Shown here: one piece after another, positions 12,661 through 23,589 of the stretch
How the letters are laid out: the number at the start of each line of letters is the position of its first letter
How positions within the stretch are numbered: position 1 is the first letter of the stretch
DNA from: Octopus vulgaris
Lineage: Eukaryota
Assembly (NCBI GenBank): GCA_951406725.2
Contig: OX597825.1
Coordinates: forward strand, 55,180,001-55,244,000
Reading direction: 5' to 3'
DNA: 64,000 nt
Made by a program: the position numbers and the translations under genes
The notes under the pieces: generated by a model
Told to the model about the DNA's origin: nothing
What the model saw: the letters and a program-made list of their open reading frames with translations, nothing else
The model's database searches: none

Positions 12661-13686
12661 CTTATAGTTGTTGTAATTGTATTCTTTGGTCAGTTCATTC
12701 AGTCCTAGATGCTTCAACATTACATCGAGATTAAACATCCTAAGTATACAGTATATGAAGTTATCGGCACTGTTTTATTATTCAATAATCTTTCTTAACA
12801 AATCAAGGGCCTGCTTTATTATAAAAGAAACCAAACAGCTGAGTGGATGAGAAAAAAAATTTCTACTCAGCCAGGATTTGAACTAAAAACATTAATGAAA
12901 CAGAGTGAAAACCAACTCCTAGATTTTCAATCTAAATGCATAGTAGACATTATCTAATTAAATTTGGACAGTGCACTTCATTGAACCACACCAATTCACA
13001 CAACTTCCGACTGAACCGGATAACATTAAATGATTTAAGAAAGTTATTGGAAATAGGGCTAGCATTCTCTCCAGCGGCTGGTTTATATCACATCAGCTTA
13101 ATGCCACCATGTAATCAAAGTTAAACAGAAGAACTTAAAAGCCCTTTGAGGTTTATTACATCAGCATTGATAATATTCTATTACATGTTGCATATCCTCA
13201 ATGCGATCCAGCATGAAGCACAGAAATATACCTGGCACCAATTCGACTGCAACAGGAAGTAAGCCAATCAAGACAAATTTGAGTCCCTAAAGGGGTTTTT
13301 TTCCCTTCATTTCTTCAGTCTCATCAACGTGGTGCAGTTACCTGGATAAACCCAAGGGGAACAAATGAATAAGTTAAGATGGAGTAAAGGGATGTTAAAT
13401 TAGACCTTGTTGTTGAAAACATCCTCTTTAGGGGTGAACTACAAATGTAATATGTATGTATGTGTGTATGTATGTGCTTGTGTATATGAGTATGTGAATG
13501 CATGTATATGTGTATATGTTTAGGAAAACTGCTATGCAAATGAAATTGGACATGAACATACGTTTATGTTTTGCAAGAAAGTACACACACCCAAACACAC
13601 ACCTACACACACACACACATACCTGTGTGTATTCTTTCATATACATATAAACACATTCGTGCATGTATATTTTTATATAACCACTA

Positions 13687-13763
13687 TGGGCATATGGCAT
13701 AGTGGTTAAGAGCATGGGCTACTAACCCCAAGATTCTGAGCTTGATTCCAAGCAGTGACCTGA

Positions 13764-13824
<61 letters not shown>

Positions 13825-14007
13825 CAACATCAAAAAATACCCTAGGAATGAGAACCCAGGTTTGAAATTTCCCCAAGACACCTGAAGAAGGCTGGAGGGT
13901 ATATCAGCCGAAACGTGTTAACAATAAACAAGATGAGGACAAATATCTGGCGAATGTAAATAATGTAAATGATATACATAATTTTTCATCTCTTAAATAT
14001 AGAAGTG
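13687..14007 (+). mobile_element. tRNA-headed SINE with internal (AAT)n and a hammerhead-like 3' module (copy 1)
   Basis: A-box TGGCATAGTGG (13695-13705), anticodon-like arm ggg-ctactaa-ccc, degenerate B-box, (AAT)n, then acac-CTGAAGA-a-ggctg..cagcc-GAAAC-gtgt. Second copy at 57688-58010. Confidence 0.85.
13878..13918 (+). ncRNA. Minimal type-I hammerhead-like motif; cleavage triplet absent or non-canonical in this copy
   Basis: Stem I acac/gtgt, CUGAAGA 13882-88, 5-bp stem II ggctg/cagcc, GAAAC 13910-14. Confidence 0.6.
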
Positions 14008-14029
14008 TAAATGACACATTGTCTTGAAA

Positions 14030-15620
14030 CTGGCTGTTCTTTGTTGGTTTGGCATAAAAGCGAACCATTTTGGCATTGTATTGTTAATTGTGATGAAAAT
14101 GGATTCTTTTCAATAGCAAGTGTGGACCTATTCCATCTCAATCACAGATTTTTTAATTAATTTTTTTTAACTAAACAGTTTGAAACTTTGAATGCTGGTA
14201 GAATTTCTTATGTAGAACATGGTTCACTCTGAATGTTTTTGACAAAATTTCATATTTTAGAAGTTATTTCATGTTAAAGTTGTAATATTTGAGTAATTTC
14301 AACCAATCAATGACGTGTATTCGGTTGAAGAAAGCTACTGCTGTTCACGATAGTTATTGAAGAGGAACAACTTCCAGGTCATCTCTACTAAATGTCACCA
14401 CTCTGTTTGAAGAATCAACACCACAGAGCAACGAGTTCACAGCTAGCTTTTCTGTTGTTAACATATATGTAATTTCAAAATGCCTTATTTTACAACTATG
14501 AGATGTATTGTTATTGTCATGATTTTATCTTACTATAATCAACAACAAATACATTTCATTAATATAAAAGTCTTTATTACATAAAAAATAACATAATCAA
14601 AACATGAAGGTAAAACAAAACAAATAGCAGCTTACACACTAGAAAATATGGTAATTGTAGAGGCAGTGACAAGTTCGCTTGCTGGTTGTTAGTTCATAGT
14701 GTAGAAGGGAGGGAAAGAGTAAGAAATGTATGGTGTTGACTAGAAAGGAAGAAAAGATAAAGGTAACATCGTTTTCACTCATCATACAAATAAAACAGAG
14801 TAGTGACATTTAGTAGAGATGACCCAGAATTTGTTCCTCTTCAATTACTATCACAAACGGCAGTAGCTTTCTTCAACCAAATACACATTGTTGACTGGTT
14901 GAAATTACCGGAATATGACAACTTTAACACGAAATAACTTCTAAAATACAAAATTTTGTCTAAAATGTTCAGAGTAAACTGTGTTCTACATGAGAAATTC
15001 TACCAGTATTCAAAGTTTCAAACTGTTTAGTTAAAAAAATTTATTTTATAAATCTGTGATTGAGATGGAATAGAAACACACGGGTTCTGCAAGAATATTC
15101 ACCAAAAAAAAGCTAATGGTGTCTCTTTGGTGGTCCATTGCTGGTGTCATCCATGACATCTTCATGAGACCTGGTAAGTCAATTACAGCAGATGTATACA
15201 TCAACCAACTGGATGAAATGATGAATGAACTTGCAATTAAACAGCCGAGATTGGTCAATTCTCTTGCATGACAATGCTTGACCACATGTTGCACAAAGAA
15301 CACTAAAGTTACAGGAACTGAACTTAGAAGTACTCTATCATCCACCATATTCACCAGACCTGCACCAACTATCACATTTTCTAAGCATTAGACAACTTTT
15401 TGCAAGGAAAAAACTTCAAATCTGAAGAAGATGCAAAAACAGCCTTTCGTAATTTCATCACTTCTTGCTCTCCAGAATTCTTCGCTGCTGGCATAAATAA
15501 GCTATCGATAAAATGGCAAAATTGTGCTGATAATTTAGGTGCATACTTTGATTAACTGCATTGCTTTTTGTTGAGATAAAGTAAAATAAACTTTCAGTTC
15601 AAAATCTTAATGACCTGATA
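14030..15620 (+). pseudogene. Mariner transposase relic split by a fold-back element
   Basis: Left part: KSEPFWHCIVNCDE (first catalytic D). Right part: KLMVSLWWSIAGVIH..ITADVY, LHDNA, HPPYSPDL, GINKLSIKWQNCADNLGAYFD*. Confidence 0.9.
14128..15073. mobile_element. Non-coding fold-back element / long-TIR MITE with ~280-bp inverted arms
   Basis: 14128-14408 is the reverse complement of 14793-15073 (e.g. taactaaacagtttgaaactttgaat; gtcatctctactaaatgtcac). Spacer ~385 bp. Confidence 0.9.
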
Positions 15621-15759
15621 TATATATATATGTGGGTGTGTGTGTGTGTGTACACACACATGTACAAAAACACAGACAGGCACACATACACGTGTATGTG
15701 TGTGTGTGTGTGTGAATAAGCTGAAAGAGGCCATTTCCAATTATAAATTTTAATTAAGA

Positions 15760-16270
15760 AGAGAGTGGGAAAAGGTCAGGGAGCTCTTACTTCTGCTGGC
15801 AACAAAAGGTTTCTTTCTCAGTGAAAAGCAGATTGTAGAGTGCTTGCATACAAAACGCGAAGCTGTACAGTAATAAGACATTGAACTCTAAACAGAGTTT
15901 ACAAAGACTTGAAGGAAACGAAGCAAACAGGATTTGCTTGACATGTAATAGATGTAATGTTAACGGGCATGAACAACAAATGACAAAGGAACTGAGAGGA
16001 AACCTGGATATAAGAAGAATGTGGTGTAATGTGTGAGAGTAAAGAATGCACTTGTATGAGCATGTAATAGGCAGAGGATGACAGTTGAGTAATGAAGTGT
16101 AGCTGTGCTCAAAGTGGATGGAATATGAAGATGAGGGAGACCCATGAAGACATGGGATGCATTGGTGAAGACTGATTTCAGGGAAAGGATGATGGTCAGT
16201 AGATAGCACACGAGATGAGCTGTCCACCCATGCAAACGTAGTAAAAACAAATGTTGAAAATGATTGTAGT
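15760..16270 (+). mobile_element. RTE LINE 3' relic
   Basis: WEKVRELLLLLATKGF..., homologous to the 46064-46441 ORF; ends with the family 3' tail. Confidence 0.8.
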
Positions 16271-16315
16271 GGTGAAGGCTAGGTGACATAATGCATAAAA
16301 TACACACACCCATAC

Positions 16316-16530
16316 ATACATCGATGGTGAAAAGTTCCTGGTTTTAAGGATATCATGAAAGGCCTGGTTAGAGGCCCAATCTTCCAAGATTTTTAAAAGG
16401 CTTAGAAAAACTGAATGAACACTGCAATAAGTGTGTGAATCTGAGAGGGGAATATATTGAATAAAATTATAATTAACTGATCCTCCTGTATTTTCTTTTA
16501 CCCAAATCCAGGAACTTTTCAGCACCCACT

Positions 16531-16535
<5 letters not shown>
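16316..16535. mobile_element. Mariner-derived MITE
   Basis: Inverted termini tgaaaagttcctgg / ccaggaacttttca; internal remnant of the mariner C-terminus (NKCVNLRGEYIE*). Confidence 0.75.
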
Positions 16536-16569
<34 letters not shown>

Positions 16570-16599
16570 GTACATACATGTGGGTCTCTCCATTGTTAT

Positions 16600-17560
16600 G
16601 ACCCAGTTAAACTTACATCTGCTTCCTTCCCTGTCTCTGAGGTCCACTCATCGTCTCTTCACTCACTCTTTCTTATATTTACCATACTATACTGCTTGTG
16701 TGACTAAAGATGGTATTGAACATCTCTAGCCATCTCATCTCTATGACACATTCTTCCCTATTCCTTGTACATTACCTCCTGAATAACAAGGGATGTCACT
16801 GGATCAAACCATGATGGAACTATGCATATTCAATTCCTCCTGTCACCATTTTTTATTCTTTTTCATAGATTCCATTATGAAATTTATGTATAAGAGATTG
16901 CATTTATTATGTTTGTAACCAATGCATCAATCAACACCTTTTCTGATCTGTCACTCATCACTCTCTCTTCCCCAGGTGACTTGATATTGACATTCATCAC
17001 TCTCTATCACCATGGGCTACCTCAGTTATTGTCTATTATTCTTTAACTCTTCAACCAACCCTTTACCTCAATCATTATATTCCTACCATCATATTCTTGC
17101 CTCCTTTAATCAACAATCCTGGTTTTCCTTCTGTCATTATTCACTCTTCTGTTCACCTAATCAGTCATGTAGTCTTGAGTAAACGGACATTGTAATAAAG
17201 ACTCTTTAGTCTTTTGAAGTACAAGATAATCTTACAAATGCCGGTACCACAATAAAATTTACTCAGTAATTAATGTAATGTGGTTGGTCAATGTTGGACC
17301 AAGAGGATCATTTGACCTTGATGAGGTCATAACAACATCTCTAGAGCTAGTACAATAATAAAATATACTTAATGCACTTGGTGAAGTGATTGGGGTTAAG
17401 AAGTGCACCCAACGATAGAAATCAAGTCAAACTTATATGTACCAGTGAGATATGCTTCACAGATTAATCTAAAAAAACAATAAAACCAAATATGAACTGA
17501 CTTGGATCACGACTACTCCTTTAACCTATACCAGCATGGATAACAAAAGTAAAATGATGA
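16600..17560 (+). mobile_element. Old retroposon with a long pyrimidine-rich 3' region ending in the RTE-type tail
   Basis: Ends ...aacctataccagcatggataac..aaatgatga; similar in layout to the inverted 47100-47990 copy. Confidence 0.4.
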
Positions 17561-17576
17561 AGATAATGGCCTAGTG

Positions 17577-17855
17577 GTTAGGGTGCTGCACTCATGATTG
17601 TAAGATCAAGGTTTCAATTCCTAGACCAAGTGGTGCACTGTGTTCTTGAGAAAAACACTCCTTCTCATGTCACTCTGCAATCACTTTGACACCTGATGTG
17701 TGGTGCACAGTGCATCTGTTCAGGCAACAGAGATTTGATGGAGCATGTGAGATAATATACCGCACATACATTTGATCATCAAAAACAAAATCATTTGTGT
17801 AGGTCGTTTGGTAAAAGCTGAACACTTATACATCGTCTCCAACAGGAGAATCCAT
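17577..17855 (+). mobile_element. tRNA-headed SINE
   Basis: A-box tggcctagtgg, B-box-like ggtttcaattcc, then gttcttgagaaaaacac. Confidence 0.7.
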
Positions 17856-18949
17856 TTTGTATATATATATATATATATATATATCATTATTTAACGTCTG
17901 TTTTCCATGCTGCCATGGTTTAGACTATATATATTTTCTGATAAAACTTGGGAATATTTGCTTTGCTGAAACAGTGTGGCTATTTTGTAAAATATGAATA
18001 AATCTAATTATTTGTTACCCTGTTTTTAACATAGAATTTTTTTCTTATTTGTGGACTGCTACAATCATCAGACACACACATACAGAGAGATAAAGAGCAA
18101 GAGAGAGAGAGAGAGAGAGAGACTGAAAGAATGAAACAGACAGTCGGGTGCACGCACCCACGCACGCACCCACACACATACACACAGCTACACATACTAT
18201 TTGAAGGTATAACAATCTCCTGTGATTATCAAAAATAAACATCAAAATGGAACCGGAATCTCCAAAAATATAGGAAGAGCCCACTTTCTAATTAATTGCA
18301 GGTTATCATCATCAACCACCGCCCCCCTCTAAAATGAGTGAACCATTCTTCATATTACTCCGGAACATTCTTCTATAACATAATTTCTATTTCTCTAATT
18401 GAAATTTCTAAAGCAAAAATACCAGAAAATTCTAATTTTATTAAAATGCCCCTTCAAATGGAATTCGAAATTCATTTACGAAAATGTAAAAATTCCTTGT
18501 CTTACGTTGAATATGGTTTTGTTTTTGGAATCATAGATTTAAGATTTTTGTGTGGTTCTGGTTAAAATAAACGGCATTGATTTCAGTGTGTGCGAGTGTA
18601 TGTTTTCATGTGTGTGTTTGCCTGTAATTGTAGGTATGTTTGTGCATGTGTATGAGTGTTCAGGTGCGGAGTTGGTAAGGGAAAATGATAAAAGATAACT
18701 TCCCTTTAAATAATCTACTAATGGAGCAGCAGGAAAGGAAGAATTTTTACCATTCTTTGAGAATTGCATGTGTACAAGCAAGTGTGTGTGTATGTAGAGA
18801 GTGAGTGTGTATGTATATGCACAAGATAGAGTGAGTGAGTGTGTGTTTGAGAGAGAGAACACTTGAGACAGAGTGTGCAGGGAAGGTAGAGCAAGAGGGA
18901 AAGTAAGGAGAGAGAGTGTGTGTGTGTGTTTATATGTATGAAAATGTTT

Positions 18950-19065
18950 AGAAGAAGAAGAAGAAGAAGAAGAAGAAGAAGAAGAAGAAGAAGAAAAATG
19001 AGAAAAAGAAGAAGAAGAAAGAAAGAAAGAAAGACAGACAGAAAGGAAAAAAGAGAAAGAAAGAA
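18950..19065. repeat. (GAA)n / purine-rich microsatellite
   Basis: Direct reading. Confidence 0.95.
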
Positions 19066-19306
19066 ATATAACATTTCAACTATTCATTGTAAAAGAGAAA
19101 GAGATGTTGATTGTTTAAAAGAAGGAAAACTTAGAATGCAAACAAAATACTCACTGTTTTGGTGCCCAAGTTCTCTATTGAACAGTGAAGGATTGCAGTT
19201 TCTCCTCTTCGAAATGTCACATTGGTAGGAGACGGGTTAAACCGTGGAATAGGTGCATTGTCTTCATATTGAGCAAAGGCTAAAATAAAGGAACAAAAAA
19301 CAATAT

Positions 19307-19350
<44 letters not shown>

Positions 19351-19364
19351 TAACAATAATAATA

Positions 19365-19700
19365 ATTTAACACCTGTTTTCAATGCTGGCATGGGTTTGA
19401 CAGTTTGATAGGTACTGGCAATACGGAAAAATGCACCAAGCTCCACTGTCTGCTTGGACATGATTTCTACAGCTGGATGCCCTTTCTGATGCCAACACTT
19501 TACAGAGTGTACTGGATGCTTTTGACATGACACCAACAACAGTGAGTTCACCAAATAATTTACAAGACAAGGTCACCTAAACTGAAGGCTGAGTAGTATT
19601 GAGGAAAGTGGCTTTGTGCGAGATGAGAGATTAGTGCATAAGTAGAAGGACAGAAATAGATGTTTTGCAGTAACGGAGGATACATGGGTTACCACAAGAG
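19365..19700 (-). mobile_element. RTE-tail retroposon with extended body
   Basis: ctggcatgggtttgacag...acagctggatgccc...actttacagagtgtactggatgc. Confidence 0.75.
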
Positions 19701-19729
19701 AGAGAGAGAGAGTGGAGCCTTTTTACTAT

Positions 19730-19930
19730 AAGCACAAGGCTTGAAATTTTGTAGGAAGGAATTAGTTGATTACACTGCCCACAGTGCTTGACAGGTATTT
19801 ATTTTATCAACTCCAAAAAGATGAAAGGTAAAGTCAAGCATGGTAGAATATGAACTCAGATCATAAAGACAGACAAAATGCTTAGCAGCATTTTATCCAG
19901 CATTTTAATGCTTCTGTTGGCTCACTACCT
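19730..19930 (-). mobile_element. SINE family B
   Basis: gatgaaaggtaaagtcaag...tgaactcaga. Confidence 0.75.
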
Positions 19931-19971
19931 AAATAAAAATAATAATGATGATGATGATCAGGATGAGAATA

Positions 19972-20342
19972 TTAATAACAAAAGCACTCAGAGAGCACAA
20001 ACCTCTGCCAAGTCAACACCAATGTCCTCTCAACGATTAGCCAGAGATGATTTTTAAAATGAGAATATCTAAAATAAACTTGACTACTCTCACAAACGAG
20101 AATACTAAAAATGAACCCGAATGCTCTCAAAAATTGTGTAAAAAAAAAGAAATCCAGAATCGTTGTCCAGTACTGGATTGATCCCAAAATCGAATCAGTT
20201 CATGCCAGTCATGAGACTAAACATCCCTGAAAGTTTCACCTGAATTCATCTACCGGTTCTTGAGATATTTTGTCCATGGACAAACAAACAAACAAACGTG
20301 ACTGAAAACAATACTACTGCCTCCACCAAGGCAAAGGTAATA
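19972..20342 (-). mobile_element. Helentron-associated non-autonomous element (HINE-like)
   Basis: gcactcagagagc stem-loop plus acctctgccaag subTIR at left; (AAAC)n and gcctccaccaaggcaaaggtaa at right. Same termini as 3935-4545, inverted. Confidence 0.8.
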
Positions 20343-20352
20343 ATAATAATAA

Positions 20353-20910
20353 TGCCCTCATGCAGCACCAGCTACTGTCTCTCATGGATTCTGATCTTAA
20401 CTAATTGGAAGTGTTAACATGTACATGTTTTGCCTTGGTGTAAAAGCTAGGCTACAGCAAATATTCTGCTCAATACCACAGACTTGCTTGTCAGTTGCTT
20501 GACCCTAACCAGTTGAGCTGATGATATGTGCATCTTTGATCACAAGCAGAAGTAGTGGGGGAGCATCATGGCTATGTGTGAAAAGAATTCTTTGGGGTTT
20601 GAATAATTTACCTCTGGAAACATGGGTTTTTCGTTTAACATCCTTAAACAACTCTTATTCAGTGGGCTTTTGAATGGGATGGACTACTCAACCTGAAGAA
20701 AATTCTAACTGGACCCCACCTGCAAGGACCTGCACTGTTTATTTTGATATGAAATCACCATGTCGCACACATATGGTTGTGATGCATGGGCCTGGTGTAT
20801 CCCTGTCAGATGGGCAGTTATGATAAGTATACTGGGCTTTGTATATCATACCCCAGTGTCACTTTGATAGCATGCACTGCTCTCTCACTCAATAGTTATA
20901 GTAATAATAA
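20353..20910 (+). mobile_element. Interspersed repeat family C, longest copy, embedded in (AAT)n
   Basis: Starts right after (AAT)n and ends ctctctcactcaat...aataataa. Shares its core with the copies at 9393 and 60853. Confidence 0.75.
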
Positions 20911-21324
20911 AATACTTTCTACTATAGGCACAACAAAGAAAGAAAAGTATAACCCTGGTCCTTAAAACTGAAGCTGAGGTAAGAAACCAAGTAGAGCTAG
21001 TGCACCATATGTCTGTCCACAGTCAACAGCTGCAATATGTAGTGGGACCAAAAACAATGAGTTTGCTTAGAGACATTACGTTGCCAGTAGACTCTCCTAA
21101 TGACAACAGCAACAAGCATAAAAGAGTCCAGCTGTATTCTTTATTCAGTACTCAACACAAACTCTTAGCTACCTACACTAAGATTGTGCTTATCACTGGC
21201 ATGATTGGTGTATTTCATAGAGCAACTTCTAAGTGGAGGAAGATAATGAATTGTAGATGTATTCCTCTTTGTCCTTGATTCATGTGTATGTATGTATGTG
21301 TAGTTTTACTAGTTTTACCTTTTT

Positions 21325-21690
21325 TTTTCATCTTTTTACTTGTTTCAGTCATTTGATTGTGGCCATGTTGGGGCACCATCTTGAAAGGGTTTTAGTTGGA
21401 CAAATCAACCCCATGATGTTTTTCTTTTTAAGCTTAGTAATCATTTTGGTGGGTGTAAACACATCAACACTGGTTGTCAAGTGGTGGTGCTGGTGGTGGA
21501 CAAACACAGACACAAACACACACACATGTGTATATACGATGGGCTTCTTTCAGTTTCCATCTACCAAGTCCATACACACGGCTTTGGTCAGCCCAAGGCT
21601 ATAGCAGAAGACACTTGCCCAAGGTGCCATGCTGTGGCAGAACCATGTGGTTGGAAAACAAGCTTCTTAGTACACAGTCACACCTTGTGC
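21325..21690 (-). mobile_element. SINE family A
   Basis: tttacttgtttcagtcatttga...agaagacacttgcccaaggtgcc. Confidence 0.85.
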
Positions 21691-21989
21691 CTCTTCATTT
21701 TTATTTTACAGCTGCTTTCTATGCTGGCATATAATGAAATCATCATCATCGCAAACACCATCATTGATTTTATGGTTTCTCTGTGCAAGCATGACTTAGA
21801 CAGGAGTTGTTGAGGTAATTTTTATGAGCAGATGACGTTCATTATAGAAACTCATGAAGCTGCTTCTTACAACACACAGGAGTATGATACACAATCATGT
21901 GAGATATACGTTGCTTAGAACTTAGTAGCTGTATTCCCTTCATGTGCTTACAGCGGTTAGCAGTTACGGATCTCAATGCCAAGGCCCGA

Positions 21990-22360
21990 GCTTTCATGAC
22001 TTTTCTTGAGGGAAAAATACAGCTGTAGTTTCCTATTGCTATTAGCTTATATATCTATTGTTTATTTTGCAAGTCTCCTATTCTCCCATTCTTATATTTG
22101 AGGCCCAGGGCCTTTTTAATTAAGAAAAAACACTAGTCATGTGACACTAAAGCATGTTCATATACTAGTGAGCTTTTGTGACACAAGCTCTAGGAGCCAG
22201 TACTCTTCTGTGCCTTGTATGCCTTAGCTACCTCACCAGCTTCTGCTATTTGACTAAGAACTGGAGCTTTTTCCAAGCACTACCAACCTAGACTGAGATT
22301 ACCAGCAGTAGTAATGACAAAAGTGTAATGCCACACTCTCCAGTACTCCTATACTCTTAA
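21990..22360 (-). mobile_element. Possible very degenerate CRE-like (RLE) LINE C-terminus
   Basis: Minus-strand fragments GITL..., EAGEVAKAYKAQK, GPG, IAIGNYSCIF follow the order of the RLE motifs PDG.TL..AE..K..KY..SIA.QRGNA. Confidence 0.3.
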
Positions 22361-22369
22361 ATTCGAATG

Positions 22370-22830
22370 TTTGCCTAAGACATCAGTTACATTACAAATA
22401 TAAAATTCACTTTCCAGATTTTCAGGTAATGAATCAAACCAACCTATTCATGTTAAATGCTAAAATCAAAATAAAAAAAACTATCTTTTTTTTTGTCTTT
22501 TTTCTTTATTTGAAGTAACTACTGCATGATCACATTATCAGATAGTATATATATATATATAAAATCATCATGGGATATTTTTTCGTGCATGCAAATGTTG
22601 CTTACTATTTATCTATATTTGAATTTTCATGTTTTTGATTTGCATTGTAAAGTATGTATATGATGGCGTCAATACCTAACTATATTCATTTCACTAGGTT
22701 AAAGCAAATATCGTTGTATCTTTCACTTATTATTTATTTATTCTTCATCAAGTTTACCTGGACAACAAAAAGAAATCTAATCCATTGAAAATATGTTTGC
22801 AAACAAAGGGATGTCACTCCAACACGACAA
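22370..22830 (-). repeat. pLTR-like repeat, copy 1, with a degenerate hammerhead
   Basis: Inverted homologue of 29030-29490 (atcaagtttacctggacaacaaaaa; atgtatatgatggcgtcaat); direct homologue of 27490-27640. Confidence 0.8.
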
Positions 22831-23589
22831 CCTCACATAGTATATTAATGTTTTATCTAAAGTATATACACAACCAAAACTGTTTTCTATAAGGAAGTTT
22901 GCATTCATATGCTAGTATCGAGATATTTACATTATCACTGATATATACACATACATAGGTGCTTACATGTGTCTGTGTTTACTAATACTACAAACTATTG
23001 TTATTCAAGTTTTATTTTCAATGTGAAAGGACAACTCTAAAGCTTTTACTTTAATTTCATTACTGTAAAAAATTGCAGAGGATCATATCTGTAATTCTTT
23101 TCACAATACACATACTAACGATATTCTCAATGAGACACAGGTGTATATATATAATATATACATATATAGGTGTTTTCAGTTTGCCATGAGCTGATCACTT
23201 CCTTCCACTAAAATCATTTACTATCTGCCAGGTGACTGAAGCTTGCTGGTTGTTTACAGCAACACAAATGATATTTTCCTGTTGTTGAATATACCTCTGC
23301 TATTCTCGCTTGTATGTTTCTAGATTCTCCTTGCATTTATGTATTTGCTAATGTTCACTTAAGTAGGGAACTGACTTTTCAGTTTTACCATACTCTTCAC
23401 ACTTGCTCCTTTTTGAACCACTGCTTCATTCTCCCATGATACTTAACAGCAGCTTTCTTGTGTATTTTTACAAAGTATGAATATGAGCTGAGTTGGACAA
23501 ACTGTCTTTGTCTTGAAGCAGCTTGAAATGATTTCAAAGAATTATAGTAAAGTGATCTCTGATATTTACACCATTGGATAGTTGCTTCC

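Noticed and set aside
13687-13760. tRNA gene-like sequences (also 11120, 17577, 40793, 57688)
   Set aside because: SINE heads: no complete acceptor stem or terminator, and each continues into a repeat body.
18920-19228. Poly-Arg/Lys protamine-like ORF
   Set aside because: Translation of a (GAA)n microsatellite.
20353-20410. HDV-like ribozyme at the 5' end of family C (and RTE-5'-like segments at ~11515 and ~53880)
   Set aside because: I could not assemble the nested double pseudoknot by eye; left unassigned pending a motif search.
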